Shown one piece after another: positions 18,546 to 28,326 of a DNA stretch of 49,313 nucleotides. The stretch is from contig CAMAVO010000003.1 in the NCBI GenBank assembly GCA_945861685.1, positions 1 to 49,313 of the forward strand, in the 5' to 3' direction. Both the position numbers and the translations under genes were made by a program. The notes beneath the pieces are model-generated. The model was given only the letters and a program-made list of their open reading frames with translations, was not told the origin of the DNA and did not search any database. Numbering within the stretch: position 1 is the first letter of the stretch; each line of letters begins with the position of its first letter. Origin of the DNA: Chitinophaga pinensis (GTDB taxonomy: Bacteria > Bacteroidota > Bacteroidia > SXHM01).

Positions 18546-20645
18546 ATGTCCATTCTACAAAAAATCAGAGAAAAAACTTATTTAGCACTTATATTCGTTG
18601 GGCTTGGTATTGCCCTGTTTGTTATTGATCCCAGCTCTATTTTCAGCAGCTCGCAGCGTGGTGAAACCCATGTTGGTATTATTGCCGGTGAAAAAATTGA
18701 AGGACAGGATTTTGAACTGAAAGTTCAGGAGGCTATTGAAAACTACAAAGCCAACTATCAGCAGGCTAATATTGACGAGGCTACCAAAGAAGCTATCCGC
18801 AACCAGACCTGGGACCAGCAAATTCAGGAAATAGTAATGGGAAGCCAGCACGAAGAACTTGGGCTAACCGTTAGCGCTGAAGAATTGTTTGACATGATTC
18901 AGGGGCCAAACCCAAGCCCGCAGGTGCGCCAGGCTTTTGGCAATCCGCAAACAGGGGAGTTTAATCCTGCCAACGTAATTGCTTTCCTTAAAAGAATGGA
19001 CGAAGACGAAACGGGCGACACCAAAAAGCGCTGGTTGGCTTTTGAAAAGGACATGAAAAAGCAACAGGTTTACACCAAATACAACACGCTTGTAAAAAAA
19101 GGTCTTTACATTACTACTGCCGAGGCTAAAGCCGATAACGCAGCTAAAAACAAAATGGCAAACGTTCGTTTTGTGGCTAAGCGTTATGCTGCTTCAACCG
19201 ACACTACAGTTAAAGTTACCGATGCAGAGATAAAATCATATTATGCAGCCAACAACTACAAAGAGCAATACAAACAGGACGAAGCCGTTGACCTTAAATA
19301 TGTAGCTTTTGACATCAAACCTTCTGATGACGATAATCAGGCTGCAAAAAAATGGATAGATAAAACCACTGAAGAATTTAAACTCACCGATAACGATACC
19401 TTGTTTATCAATATCAATTCAGATAAGCCTTATGCAGCAATGTGGTACGCTGAATCAGCACTTCCTGCTGCTGTTGATACCCTTAAAAAAGCTGTGGTTG
19501 GAACTGTTGCAGGTCCTTATCTGGAAAATGAAAGCTGGAAAGTGTCTAAGCTTCTGGGAACTAAAATGGCTGTTGACTCAGTTAAAGCCCGCCATATTCT
19601 TTTGAAAGTGGAAGGCGGAAATGCGGAGCTTGTAAAAGCTAAAGCCGACAGTCTTAAAAAAGTAATAAAAGCAAAAAATAATTTTGCCGAATTGGCTAAA
19701 GTTCTCTCAACCGATGCCGGTTCAGGCGCGCAGGGTGGCGACCTTGGCTGGTTCAAAGAAGGTGTTATGGTTCCTGAATTTAACAATGCCTGCTTCAATG
19801 GCAAAAAAGGAGATATGACGGTTGTTGAATCACAATTTGGTATTCACCTGATTGAGATACTGGACAGAAGCAAAGAATCACGCAAGCTTAACATCGCAAC
19901 AGTGGAGCGCCTGACCGAGCCAAGCGATAAAACCTTCCAGAACATTTATTCTAAAGCAAGCGATTTTTCTACTAAAAACCGCACGCTCGAAGCATTTGAA
20001 GCTGCCGCAACCGAAGGTGGATACAATGTGCGTATTGCCGCAAACATTAAACCGATGGAAGGCAAAGTTGCCGGACTTGATAATCCCCGCCCTATTATCC
20101 AGTGGGCTTACAACACGGCTAAAAAAGGTGATGTATCGGAGGTATATGAAGTAGGCAACAAATATGTAGTAGTGGTATTAGCCGAGAAATACGAGAAAGG
20201 TGTTAAACCACTTGAAACCATTAAAGAAGAGTTGGAAGCCGAGGTGCGTAAAGAAAAGAAAGCAGAACAGTTCATCAAAGAATTTGAAGCCGCTCTTGCA
20301 GGAAACCCTGCTATTGACGCTCTTGCCGGTAAAATGAATGCACCGGTTGAAACGGCACAAAACGTAGTATTCAGCGCAGGCTCCATACCGGGAATGGGTA
20401 AAGAGCCTGAAGTATTGGGTACTATTGCTGCATTGAAAGCTGCCACAGCTTCTAAACCGGTAAAAGGTTTATCAGGGGTGTATGTAGTGTATGTTGACAA
20501 CGTGGTGGAAGCTCCCGAAGTAACCGATTTTGCTCCCGCTAAAAAACAATTAGCACAAACCCTTGCTTCACGTGCCGATTACGAAGTGTACGAAGCATTG
20601 AAAGACAAAGCGGAGGTAAAAGATAACCGCGTGAAGTTTTATTAA
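18546..20645 (+). CDS. PpiD-like membrane-anchored chaperone / parvulin PPIase with SurA-type N-terminal domain
   Basis: MSILQKIRE plus TM; ARHILL, GGDLGWF, MVPEFN and SQFGIHLI motifs. Confidence 0.88.
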   Translation: MSILQKIREKTYLALIFVGLGIALFVIDPSSIFSSSQRGETHVGIIAGEKIEGQDFELKVQEAIENYKANYQQANIDEATKEAIRNQTWDQQIQEIVMGSQHEELGLTVSAEELFDMIQGPNPSPQVRQAFGNPQTGEFNPANVIAFLKRMDEDETGDTKKRWLAFEKDMKKQQVYTKYNTLVKKGLYITTAEAKADNAAKNKMANVRFVAKRYAASTDTTVKVTDAEIKSYYAANNYKEQYKQDEAVDLKYVAFDIKPSDDDNQAAKKWIDKTTEEFKLTDNDTLFININSDKPYAAMWYAESALPAAVDTLKKAVVGTVAGPYLENESWKVSKLLGTKMAVDSVKARHILLKVEGGNAELVKAKADSLKKVIKAKNNFAELAKVLSTDAGSGAQGGDLGWFKEGVMVPEFNNACFNGKKGDMTVVESQFGIHLIEILDRSKESRKLNIATVERLTEPSDKTFQNIYSKASDFSTKNRTLEAFEAAATEGGYNVRIAANIKPMEGKVAGLDNPRPIIQWAYNTAKKGDVSEVYEVGNKYVVVVLAEKYEKGVKPLETIKEELEAEVRKEKKAEQFIKEFEAALAGNPAIDALAGKMNAPVETAQNVVFSAGSIPGMGKEPEVLGTIAALKAATASKPVKGLSGVYVVYVDNVVEAPEVTDFAPAKKQLAQTLASRADYEVYEALKDKAEVKDNRVKFY

Positions 20646-20669
20646 GCAACTTCTCAAAACTGAATAAAG

Positions 20670-20696
20670 AAACCCGCTTCATGCGGGTTTTTTTTT
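20670..20696 (+). terminator. Intrinsic terminator of the PpiD-like gene
   Basis: AAACCCGC-ttcat-GCGGGTTT followed by a T run. Confidence 0.85.
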
Positions 20697-20728
20697 GCCT
20701 TTTCAATACAAAATGTTGGTTGGGTGTC

Positions 20729-20954
20729 ACACAGACGCGTGTGTTGGGTCAAAAAACATTATTTAGTATCACACAGGCACGTGTGTTGCCTTAAATACCC
20801 TTATTGAATGCAACACAGGCTCGTGTGTCGGACAAAATAGCATGTTTGTATATAACACAGAAACCTGTGTTTGACAGAATAGCAGTATTTAATATAACAC
20901 ACGTGCCTGTGTGATACTAAAGAGGCTTCTTGATAGTAACACAGATGCCTGTGT
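20729..20954. repeat. Array of six 16-bp palindromes ACACA-N6-TGTGT at an exact 42-bp period with 26-bp dissimilar spacers
   Basis: Units start at 20729, 20771, 20813, 20855, 20897 and 20939. Perfect 26-bp inverted repeat at 20762-20787 / 20896-20921. Confidence 0.93.
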
Positions 20955-21014
20955 TACATCCAATAGAATTCAGCATCTAAACTTCCGTATCCGGATAACA
21001 CTCAATTGTCTTCT

Positions 21015-22280
21015 TCACCTCAACAACTGCATCCTGTACGCATCCAGTTTAATAAACACAAACAGCAGAATAGTAAACGCCCACAGCGATGAGCCTCCGT
21101 AGCTGAAAAAGGGAAGGGGAATACCGATAACGGGGGCAAGTCCTATGGTCATGGCAATGTTTACCGCAAAGTGAAAGAACAGAATAGAAGCCACCCCGTA
21201 GCCATAGATGCGTGTAAAGGTCGATTTCTGTCGCTCGGCTACATAAATAATGCGCACTAATAAAAACAGGAACAACACAATCACCACAAAGGCGCCCATA
21301 AAACCCCACTCTTCGCCCACGGTGCAAAAAATAAAGTCGGTGCTTTGCTCGGGCACAAACTTGTATTTGGTTTGCGTACCGTTTAAAAAACCCTTGCCTG
21401 TAAAGCCGCCCGAGCCAATGGCAATTTTACTCTGGTTCACGTTATAGCCAACGCCTTTCGGGTCATCTTCCTTGCCCAGCATAACATTGATACGCGTTTT
21501 CTGATGTATCTCCAGCACATTGTCAACCACATACCCCACGCTGTATGACATACCCGAAAACACCACCGCAGTGCCGCCAATAAGCAGCGCATTTTTCCAG
21601 TTGCGTTTGCCCGCAATAAAGATGAGAAAAGCAATTACGCCCACAATCCACATCATCGTCTTGGGGTCAAACAGCAGCGTAACAATAAACACCAAAACCA
21701 CCGCCACACCCGCCATCAAAAAGTTTCCCGATAAGCCTTCGCGATACAGCACAAACAAAAAAGCCCCGTAAACCAATGCCGAACCCGTATCGTTCTGCAA
21801 CAGAATAAGCAGGGCAGGGGCGGCAATAAAAGCAGCCGTAATCAGTTTGGTTTTATTGTCCTCAAACTTAATGTTCATGGTGCTCAGATATTTGGCAACC
21901 ACCAGCGCAGTGGCAAATTTCCCGAACTCGGCCGGCTGTATCCTGAAGTTGCTGCCAATCTCAAACCACGATTTGCTTCCCGAAACCTCGCGCCCGAAAA
22001 CCAATACCAATATAAGCAGCAGCATCACCAACCCGTAAACAGGATAGGCCGAAATGGTATAAAATTTTCCGTCAATCAGCAGAATAACCGCAGCAATAAA
22101 AATGGAACTGCCTATCCAGATCAACTGCTTGCCATAGTTTTCCGAAGTGTCGAGAATACTTTTGTGCTCCTCGTTATACACGGCAGCATAAATACTTATC
22201 CAGCCCAGGAAAATCATTACCAGAAAGATGGAAACCATCACCCAGTCTATGTTATCGAATATGGAGGTTTGTTTTCTCAT
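21015..22280 (-). CDS. rodA: Rod shape-determining protein RodA (SEDS family)
   Basis: IQPAEFGK, SKIAIGSGG, PEQSTDFIF and PFFSYGGSS motifs; follows mrdA. Confidence 0.95.
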   Translation of the reverse strand: MRKQTSIFDNIDWVMVSIFLVMIFLGWISIYAAVYNEEHKSILDTSENYGKQLIWIGSSIFIAAVILLIDGKFYTISAYPVYGLVMLLLILVLVFGREVSGSKSWFEIGSNFRIQPAEFGKFATALVVAKYLSTMNIKFEDNKTKLITAAFIAAPALLILLQNDTGSALVYGAFLFVLYREGLSGNFLMAGVAVVLVFIVTLLFDPKTMMWIVGVIAFLIFIAGKRNWKNALLIGGTAVVFSGMSYSVGYVVDNVLEIHQKTRINVMLGKEDDPKGVGYNVNQSKIAIGSGGFTGKGFLNGTQTKYKFVPEQSTDFIFCTVGEEWGFMGAFVVIVLFLFLLVRIIYVAERQKSTFTRIYGYGVASILFFHFAVNIAMTIGLAPVIGIPLPFFSYGGSSLWAFTILLFVFIKLDAYRMQLLR

Positions 22281-22290
22281 TCTGTTTTCC

Positions 22291-22360
22291 CGTCATTGCG
22301 AGCCATAGCGAAGCAATCTCTCAATAAGTTTGCTTCGGGTGAAAAACCCTCGCAATGACG
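22291..22360. repeat. REP-like nested inverted repeat (GTCATTGCGAG...CTCGCAATGAC type)
   Basis: Perfect 12-bp outer arms at 22291-22302 / 22349-22360; inner CGAAGCAA/TTGCTTCG pair. Confidence 0.82.
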
Positions 22361-22402
22361 AACTATCTTTATACTGTTAATCGTTTCCATTGAGTGAATC
22401 AT

Positions 22403-24250
22403 TTAATCAATTGATGTTTCTTTTTTAGCAACAGGTTTCTCAACCGGCTTCGGCATCAGGTTGGCATTCAAAATAAATTCTTCTACCAAAGGTCGTCTTA
22501 AACTATCGGTCAGGTATTTTTCAATCAGCAAACTGGCAATAGGTGCAGCATAGGTTCCGCCCTTCCCTGAATTTTCAACAAATACCGCCAATGCAATCTT
22601 GGGATTGTCTTTGGGCGCGAAACACACAAACACCGAGTGATCCTCACCATGCGGGTTTTGTGCCGTTCCTGTTTTTCCGCAATACGGTATGCCTTTCAGT
22701 TTCGAGCGCGCTGCCGTTCCTGCTTCAACAACCTGTTCCATTCCGTCAATCACCAGTTGAAAATAACCGCTATCAATAGTGGTGTAGTTGCGGGTGGTAA
22801 ATTCGTTCTCAATTTTTTTAGCACCAATCTGTTTCACCAGATGGGGCGGATAATAAAAGCCACGGTTGGCAAGCGTAGCCACAAGATTAGCCAATTGCAG
22901 CGGAGTAGTTCCCAACTCGCCCTGTCCTATACTTAACGAAACAACGGTCAAAGATTTCCAGCGGCTCTTGCCATAAATCTTATCGTAATAATCACCCGTT
23001 GGAATTAATCCTTTCAACTCGCTCGGTAAATCGGTGTTGAACTTTTTCCCGAAACCAAAACTCAAAACGTGTTTACGCCACACATCATATCCTTCGCGCA
23101 CCGATTTTTTGCTGTCGAGGATATTGCGGTAAACGTTGCAGTAATAAGCATTGCACGAGTGCTGCACCGATTGCAGCAAATTAAGTGGAGAAGGATGCTG
23201 GTGACAACCCACATGAATTGGTCCGGCAGAATAACCCATTCTGCAACCATAAGTTGTTTGCGGAAACACCACTTTCTCCTGTTGTCCGATAAGATTGTTA
23301 ACCAACTTAAATGTTGAGCCGGGCGGATACTGTGCCATCAGTGCGCGGTTAAACAATGGCTTGAATTCGTCTTTAGACATCAGCGAATAATTGGCAGAAC
23401 GCACTCTGCCCACTAACAAATTAGGGTCGTAAGTAGGACTTGTGGCAAGCACTAAAATCTCTCCTGTGCTGGGCTCTATCGCCACCACGCTGCCGATTTT
23501 ATTTTGCATCAGCTTTTCGGCATACGCCTGCAACTCACCGTCAATAGTGGAAATAAGGTCAAGCCCCGAAACGGGCAGCTTGTCGTACTCACCGTTTTTA
23601 AAACTTCCTTTCGGAACATTTTTTACATCCACCATCATCACCTTGTCGCCTTTTTGTCCACGCAGATATTCCTCGTAATATTTCTCAATGCCACTCACAC
23701 CAATGTAATCACCCGACTTGTAATACACATTATCCTTGGTCATGCGCTCGTCAACCTCGCCTACATAACCCAGCAAGTGTGCAGCCACCCTGCTCGGATA
23801 CTTGCGCAGCGTGCGGGTTTGCGTAAAAAATCCTTTATAGTGATGCAGCTTCTCCTGCAGCATGGCATAAAACTCAGACGACAATTGTTTCTCAAAAACA
23901 GAAGGCTTGTGTTTAGAGTAGTCCGTTATTTTTTGCATCCGCTGCTTAAAATCTTCTACCGTAATACCAAGCGTGTTGCAGAAATCCAGCGTATCTAAAT
24001 CATCCACCTGTTTTGGAATTACCATCAAATCATAATACGCTTCGTTATAAACAAGCAACTTGCCGTTGCGGTCGTAAACCAGGCCCCGCGCAGGATATTC
24101 AGTCATGTGGCGCAACACATTATTCTCTGCCGAAAGTTTATAGCTGTCGTCAAGCACCTGCAAAAAAAACAGGCGGATAAGAAAAATAATTCCCGTGATA
24201 ACAATCACGCCACCGATGAGAAGCTTACGGTCGGAATAGCGTAAATCCAT
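22403..24250 (-). CDS. mrdA: Penicillin-binding protein 2
   Basis: PARGLVYDRNG, YPPGSTFK, SCN and KTGTAQ motifs; within the mre cluster. Confidence 0.95.
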   Translation of the reverse strand: MDLRYSDRKLLIGGVIVITGIIFLIRLFFLQVLDDSYKLSAENNVLRHMTEYPARGLVYDRNGKLLVYNEAYYDLMVIPKQVDDLDTLDFCNTLGITVEDFKQRMQKITDYSKHKPSVFEKQLSSEFYAMLQEKLHHYKGFFTQTRTLRKYPSRVAAHLLGYVGEVDERMTKDNVYYKSGDYIGVSGIEKYYEEYLRGQKGDKVMMVDVKNVPKGSFKNGEYDKLPVSGLDLISTIDGELQAYAEKLMQNKIGSVVAIEPSTGEILVLATSPTYDPNLLVGRVRSANYSLMSKDEFKPLFNRALMAQYPPGSTFKLVNNLIGQQEKVVFPQTTYGCRMGYSAGPIHVGCHQHPSPLNLLQSVQHSCNAYYCNVYRNILDSKKSVREGYDVWRKHVLSFGFGKKFNTDLPSELKGLIPTGDYYDKIYGKSRWKSLTVVSLSIGQGELGTTPLQLANLVATLANRGFYYPPHLVKQIGAKKIENEFTTRNYTTIDSGYFQLVIDGMEQVVEAGTAARSKLKGIPYCGKTGTAQNPHGEDHSVFVCFAPKDNPKIALAVFVENSGKGGTYAAPIASLLIEKYLTDSLRRPLVEEFILNANLMPKPVEKPVAKKETSID

Positions 24251-24765
24251 TAGTTCTTTTTAACCGTGCTGAAAAGATACTGCGACACAATTACCAACCC
24301 AAGCGTAAATGCCGAACTCAATATAACGCGCAGCAGCGTTGAGAAAAACGAAGAGAACCGAAATATCTCTAAATAGAAAAGCGCAAAGTGATGCAGCAGA
24401 ATTAGTATCCCTGCATAGGTCAGCATCCATCCAATCCCAAACTTCTGAATGGTAGCTACACTGCCGCGGTCAAAGCCTTCGCGTGGCGAAATCATGCTCA
24501 GCAAATAGGGTCGGCAAAATGCCATAAACACACTTGCTGAGGTGTGCATTCCTGCAGTGTTTTCAAATAAATCAATGCTTAAACCCATCACAAAGGCAAG
24601 CAAAAGCAAAAGCCATCCTGGTATATCAATCGGCAGCATAAGTATGAAGAAAACGTAGAGGTAAGGATTGATGAACCCACCCAACTGAACGTTGTTAAGA
24701 ATCAACACCTGAAAGATGATGAGGAAAATAAAACGCAATACATTTCTCGCTAACAGTTCAATCAT
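24250..24765 (-). CDS. mreD: Rod shape-determining protein MreD
   Basis: Hydrophobic 171-aa protein between mreC and mrdA; INPYLY and GLSIDLF..T.G.H motifs. Confidence 0.88.
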   Translation of the reverse strand: MIELLARNVLRFIFLIIFQVLILNNVQLGGFINPYLYVFFILMLPIDIPGWLLLLLAFVMGLSIDLFENTAGMHTSASVFMAFCRPYLLSMISPREGFDRGSVATIQKFGIGWMLTYAGILILLHHFALFYLEIFRFSSFFSTLLRVILSSAFTLGLVIVSQYLFSTVKKN

Positions 24766-25588
24766 TGCTCAAATCTTCTTCTAATTGCAGTTGTTCGTTT
24801 TTAAGCAGGTTGCCCACTATATACACATTAGTAACACTGCGGAAATCCGTTCCGGGTTTTACTTTTATGGTGTAGAAATTATTACCCGCTTCCAGTTCAA
24901 ATTCTTCAATTGTTCCAATTATAATGCCTTCCGGAAAAATAGTGGAGAACGAAGTAGTGAGCACTGTATCACCCTTGTGCAGCTTCACGTGCGATGGAAT
25001 ATCAACCAAATCAACCACCGAAGCATCGTTGCCGTTCCACACTACCGAACCAAAATAATTGTTGTTTTTTATCTGCCCACTTATTTTTGAATTTACGTGC
25101 AACATGGAAATCACGGTGCAAAAATTTTCAGATACATTTTTCACAATTCCAACAACACCAACCGGAGTAATTACAGCCATGTCTGGTTCAACACCATGCA
25201 GACTTCCTCGGTTCAGTGTAAGGTAATTATTTCGCTTGTTTACCGATTTATTAACCACCCGTGCAGCCCGGTAGTTGTATTGTTGGCGGTAAACGGTATC
25301 GTTGATGCTGAATACCTGCACATCGTATCTGAAATATGAATTAGGATGATGCTTTTTCAGTTCCGCATTTTCAGCAGCAAGAATTTCATTAGCCTTTTTC
25401 AGCGAGAAGTATTCGGTGATGTTGCTGTAAATATTCAGGAAGTTTCCGCTGACCGTATTTGCTGAATTGATAAAACCCGCGCGCTGATAATTATTGTTTT
25501 GTATCAGCAGGTAAACCGCAAAACTCTGTAAAAGCAGAAACAGAAAAACAAAATGATTTCGCCAGATGAATACAAATATGTTTTTCAT
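24758..25588 (-). CDS. mreC: Rod shape-determining protein MreC
   Basis: TM, then coiled coil LAAENAEL, LNRGSLHGV, GVVG and FPEGI motifs. Confidence 0.93.
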   Translation of the reverse strand: MKNIFVFIWRNHFVFLFLLLQSFAVYLLIQNNNYQRAGFINSANTVSGNFLNIYSNITEYFSLKKANEILAAENAELKKHHPNSYFRYDVQVFSINDTVYRQQYNYRAARVVNKSVNKRNNYLTLNRGSLHGVEPDMAVITPVGVVGIVKNVSENFCTVISMLHVNSKISGQIKNNNYFGSVVWNGNDASVVDLVDIPSHVKLHKGDTVLTTSFSTIFPEGIIIGTIEEFELEAGNNFYTIKVKPGTDFRSVTNVYIVGNLLKNEQLQLEEDLSND

Positions 25589-25596
25589 TTTTTCGC

Positions 25597-25613
25597 ATCC
25601 GCCTCAGGCGGAT
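25597..25613. repeat. Short palindrome ATCCGCC-TCA-GGCGGAT between mreB and mreC
   Basis: Perfect 7-bp stem in a 32-bp intergenic gap. Confidence 0.55.
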
Positions 25614-25620
25614 TAGCAAC

Positions 25621-26646
25621 TTATCTCATGAGGAATGGGAACTTGTCAATATTTTTCAGCGCAATGCCCGTGCCACGCGCAACCGCGCGCAACGGGTCTT
25701 CGGCAATGTGTACAGGCAAACCTGTTTTGCGTGAAATACGCAAATCCAACCCGCGTAACAATGCACCGCCACCTGCAAGGTAAAGACCTGTTCTGTAAAT
25801 ATCAGCCGAAAGTTCAGGAGGAGTCATCTCCAACGCATTCATTACCGCAGTCTCAATTTTGATGAGGGATTTATCTAATGCCTGTGCGATTTCCTGGTAG
25901 GTAATTTTTACTTCTTTTGGTTTTCCGGTCATTAAATCTCTTCCGTGAACAGCTAAATCAGGTGGAGGATTTTCCAATTCCACCAATGCAGAACCCACTT
26001 CAATTTTTATTTTTTCTGCGGTGCGCTCACCTATTAAAACATTGTGTTGTCTGCGGATATAATCTTCTATATCAGCCGTTAAATCATCACCTGCCGTGCG
26101 GATAGAGCGGTCGCAAACAATACCCCCCAGGGCGATAACCGCAATTTCACTCGTTCCGCCACCAATGTCAATAATCATATTTCCCATCGGCTCTTCCACG
26201 TCAATGCCTATACCGATTGCAGCAGCCATCGGCTCCTGAATCAGATAAACTTCTTTTCCGCCAGCGTGTTCTGCCGAGTCGCGAACCGCACGTTTTTCCA
26301 CCTCGGTAATACCTGAAGGAATGCAAATAACCATTTTCAGTGAAGGCTGAAACAGTGAGCTTTTTCCCTGATTCACCATTTTTATCATTTCGCGAATCAT
26401 GTGTTCCGCAGCCTGGAAATCCGCTATCACACCATCGCGCAACGGACGAATGGTTTTAATGTTTTCGTGTGTTTTGCCATGCATCTGCATCGCTTTTTTA
26501 CCAACAGCCATCACCTTTTCGGTACGTCTGTCAATCGCAACAATAGAAGGTTCATCCACCACCACTTTATCATTGTGAATGATTAATGTGTTGGCCGTTC
26601 CAAGGTCAATCGCAATTTCCTGTGTTAAAAAATTAAAAAGTCCCAT
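25621..26646 (-). CDS. mreB: Actin-like protein MreB
   Basis: IDLGTANTL, EPMAAAIG, DIGGGTSE and GGGALLRG motifs. Confidence 0.97.
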   Translation of the reverse strand: MGLFNFLTQEIAIDLGTANTLIIHNDKVVVDEPSIVAIDRRTEKVMAVGKKAMQMHGKTHENIKTIRPLRDGVIADFQAAEHMIREMIKMVNQGKSSLFQPSLKMVICIPSGITEVEKRAVRDSAEHAGGKEVYLIQEPMAAAIGIGIDVEEPMGNMIIDIGGGTSEIAVIALGGIVCDRSIRTAGDDLTADIEDYIRRQHNVLIGERTAEKIKIEVGSALVELENPPPDLAVHGRDLMTGKPKEVKITYQEIAQALDKSLIKIETAVMNALEMTPPELSADIYRTGLYLAGGGALLRGLDLRISRKTGLPVHIAEDPLRAVARGTGIALKNIDKFPFLMR

Positions 26647-26666
26647 GAATTTTTAGTTGAAATATT

Positions 26667-28190
26667 TTAGTGTTTAAAATGTCTTGTTCCTGTCATTACC
26701 ATTGCCATCCCGTTGTTGTTACAATAGTCAATTGATTCCTGATCTTTTACGGAGCCTCCGGGTTGCAGCACTGCTGTAACTCCTGCGTTGTGTGCTATTT
26801 CCACGCAATCAGGAAAGGGAAAAAATGCATCAGAGCCCATCACCGAACCGTTGAGGTCAAAACCAAATGATGTTGCTTTTGCAATAGCTTGTCTCAATGC
26901 ATCTACTCGCGAAGTTTGTCCTACACCGCTTGCTAATAGTTGTTTGTTTTTTGCCAGAACGATGGTGTTGCTTTTTGTATGCTTCACAATCTTGTTGGCA
27001 AACTCCATGTCGGTGAATTCGTTTGCAGTTGGCGCTTTTGTTGTTGCCGTTTTCATATCGGCAGTGGTTTCTGTTTTCAGGTCTTTATCCTGTTCAATCA
27101 CTCCGTTCAGCAATGTGCGGAATTGTTTCTTGGAAAACTCAACAGGTTTCTGAATCAGAATAATTCTGTTCTTTTTCTGTTTCAGAATTTCAAGAGTCGC
27201 TGAAGAATAGGATGGCGCAATAATCACTTCAAAAAAGAGGTTATTAATTTCCGTTGCTGTTGCTTCATCCACTTCACGGTTGGTGATGAGAATGCCACCA
27301 AACGCTGAAACAGGATCAGCTGCCAGTGCAGCTTTCCATGCATCTGTCAAACTAGTTCTGCTTGCAATTCCGCAAGCGTTATTGTGTTTTAAAATGGCGA
27401 AGGTTGGTTCTGCAAATTCAGCAATCAAAGCAACTGCAGCATCAACATCCAACAGGTTGTTGTATGATAATTCTTTGCCGTGAAGTTTATCAAACAGGTC
27501 TTCCATCTTTCCATAGAAGATGCCTTGTTGATGTGGGTTTTCACCGTATCTCAGTATTTGTGCCTGTGCAATGCTTTGTTTGAAAATATTTTTCTTGCCC
27601 TGATTGAAATAATTGAAAATGGCGCTATCATAGTTCGATGAAATGTGAAACGCATTCAATGCATGTTCCTTGCGTTCTTCCAAAGTTGTTGAACCATTTT
27701 TTTCATTCAGTAATTCAAGTAATGCGGGATATTCATCACGTGAAGAAACAATCAGCACATCTTTAAAATTCTTAGCAGCAGCGCGGATAAGCGAAATGCC
27801 GCCAATGTCAATTTTCTCAATAATATCTTGCTCAGCAGCGCCTGAAGCAACTGTTGCTTCAAACGGATAAAGGTCAACAATCACTAAATCAATTTCAGGA
27901 ATTTCGTATTCCTCAAGCTGCAATATATCAGATTGTAATTCACGTCTGCCAAGTATTCCGCCAAAAATTTTCGGATGCAACGTTTTTACTCTTCCTCCTA
28001 AAATAGAAGGGTAGGAGGTAAGTTCTTCAACCGGAATAACCGTTTCACCAAGGTCTTCAATGAATTTTTGTGTCCCACCTGTTGAATAAATATTCACACC
28101 AAGCTCACGCAGTTTTAAAATTATAGGTTCAAGATTATCCTTGTAGTAAACAGAAATCAAGGCATTCTTAATTTTTTTCAAGTCGCTCAT
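26667..28190 (-). CDS. purH: Bifunctional AICAR transformylase / IMP cyclohydrolase
   Basis: GRVKTLHP, IDIGG, LRYGENPHQ, SDAFFPF and RHFKH motifs. Confidence 0.97.
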   Translation of the reverse strand: MSDLKKIKNALISVYYKDNLEPIILKLRELGVNIYSTGGTQKFIEDLGETVIPVEELTSYPSILGGRVKTLHPKIFGGILGRRELQSDILQLEEYEIPEIDLVIVDLYPFEATVASGAAEQDIIEKIDIGGISLIRAAAKNFKDVLIVSSRDEYPALLELLNEKNGSTTLEERKEHALNAFHISSNYDSAIFNYFNQGKKNIFKQSIAQAQILRYGENPHQQGIFYGKMEDLFDKLHGKELSYNNLLDVDAAVALIAEFAEPTFAILKHNNACGIASRTSLTDAWKAALAADPVSAFGGILITNREVDEATATEINNLFFEVIIAPSYSSATLEILKQKKNRIILIQKPVEFSKKQFRTLLNGVIEQDKDLKTETTADMKTATTKAPTANEFTDMEFANKIVKHTKSNTIVLAKNKQLLASGVGQTSRVDALRQAIAKATSFGFDLNGSVMGSDAFFPFPDCVEIAHNAGVTAVLQPGGSVKDQESIDYCNNNGMAMVMTGTRHFKH

Positions 28191-28241
28191 TTAATCAATT
28201 ATCAAAAAAAAATCCGGGGAAGTGCCGTTTTTCAGGCGTAT

Positions 28242-28280
28242 CAAAAGTAGATATAATTCTACATTTAAAACCTACATTTG
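28242..28280. promoter_or_regulatory. Divergent -7 elements: TACTTTTG (-, 28242-28249, purH-mre operon) and TACATTTG (+, 28273-28280, ABC permease)
   Basis: Two TAnnTTTG boxes facing outward in the divergent gap. Confidence 0.6.
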
Positions 28281-28326
28281 TAAACGATTTTTTAAAAATT
28301 ATTTTCAAGTTTTAAACAAACCTGTT

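Noticed and set aside
20729-20954. CRISPR array
   Set aside because: The repeat is only 16 bp with a variable 6-bp centre, orientation flips mid-array, and there are no cas genes in the window.
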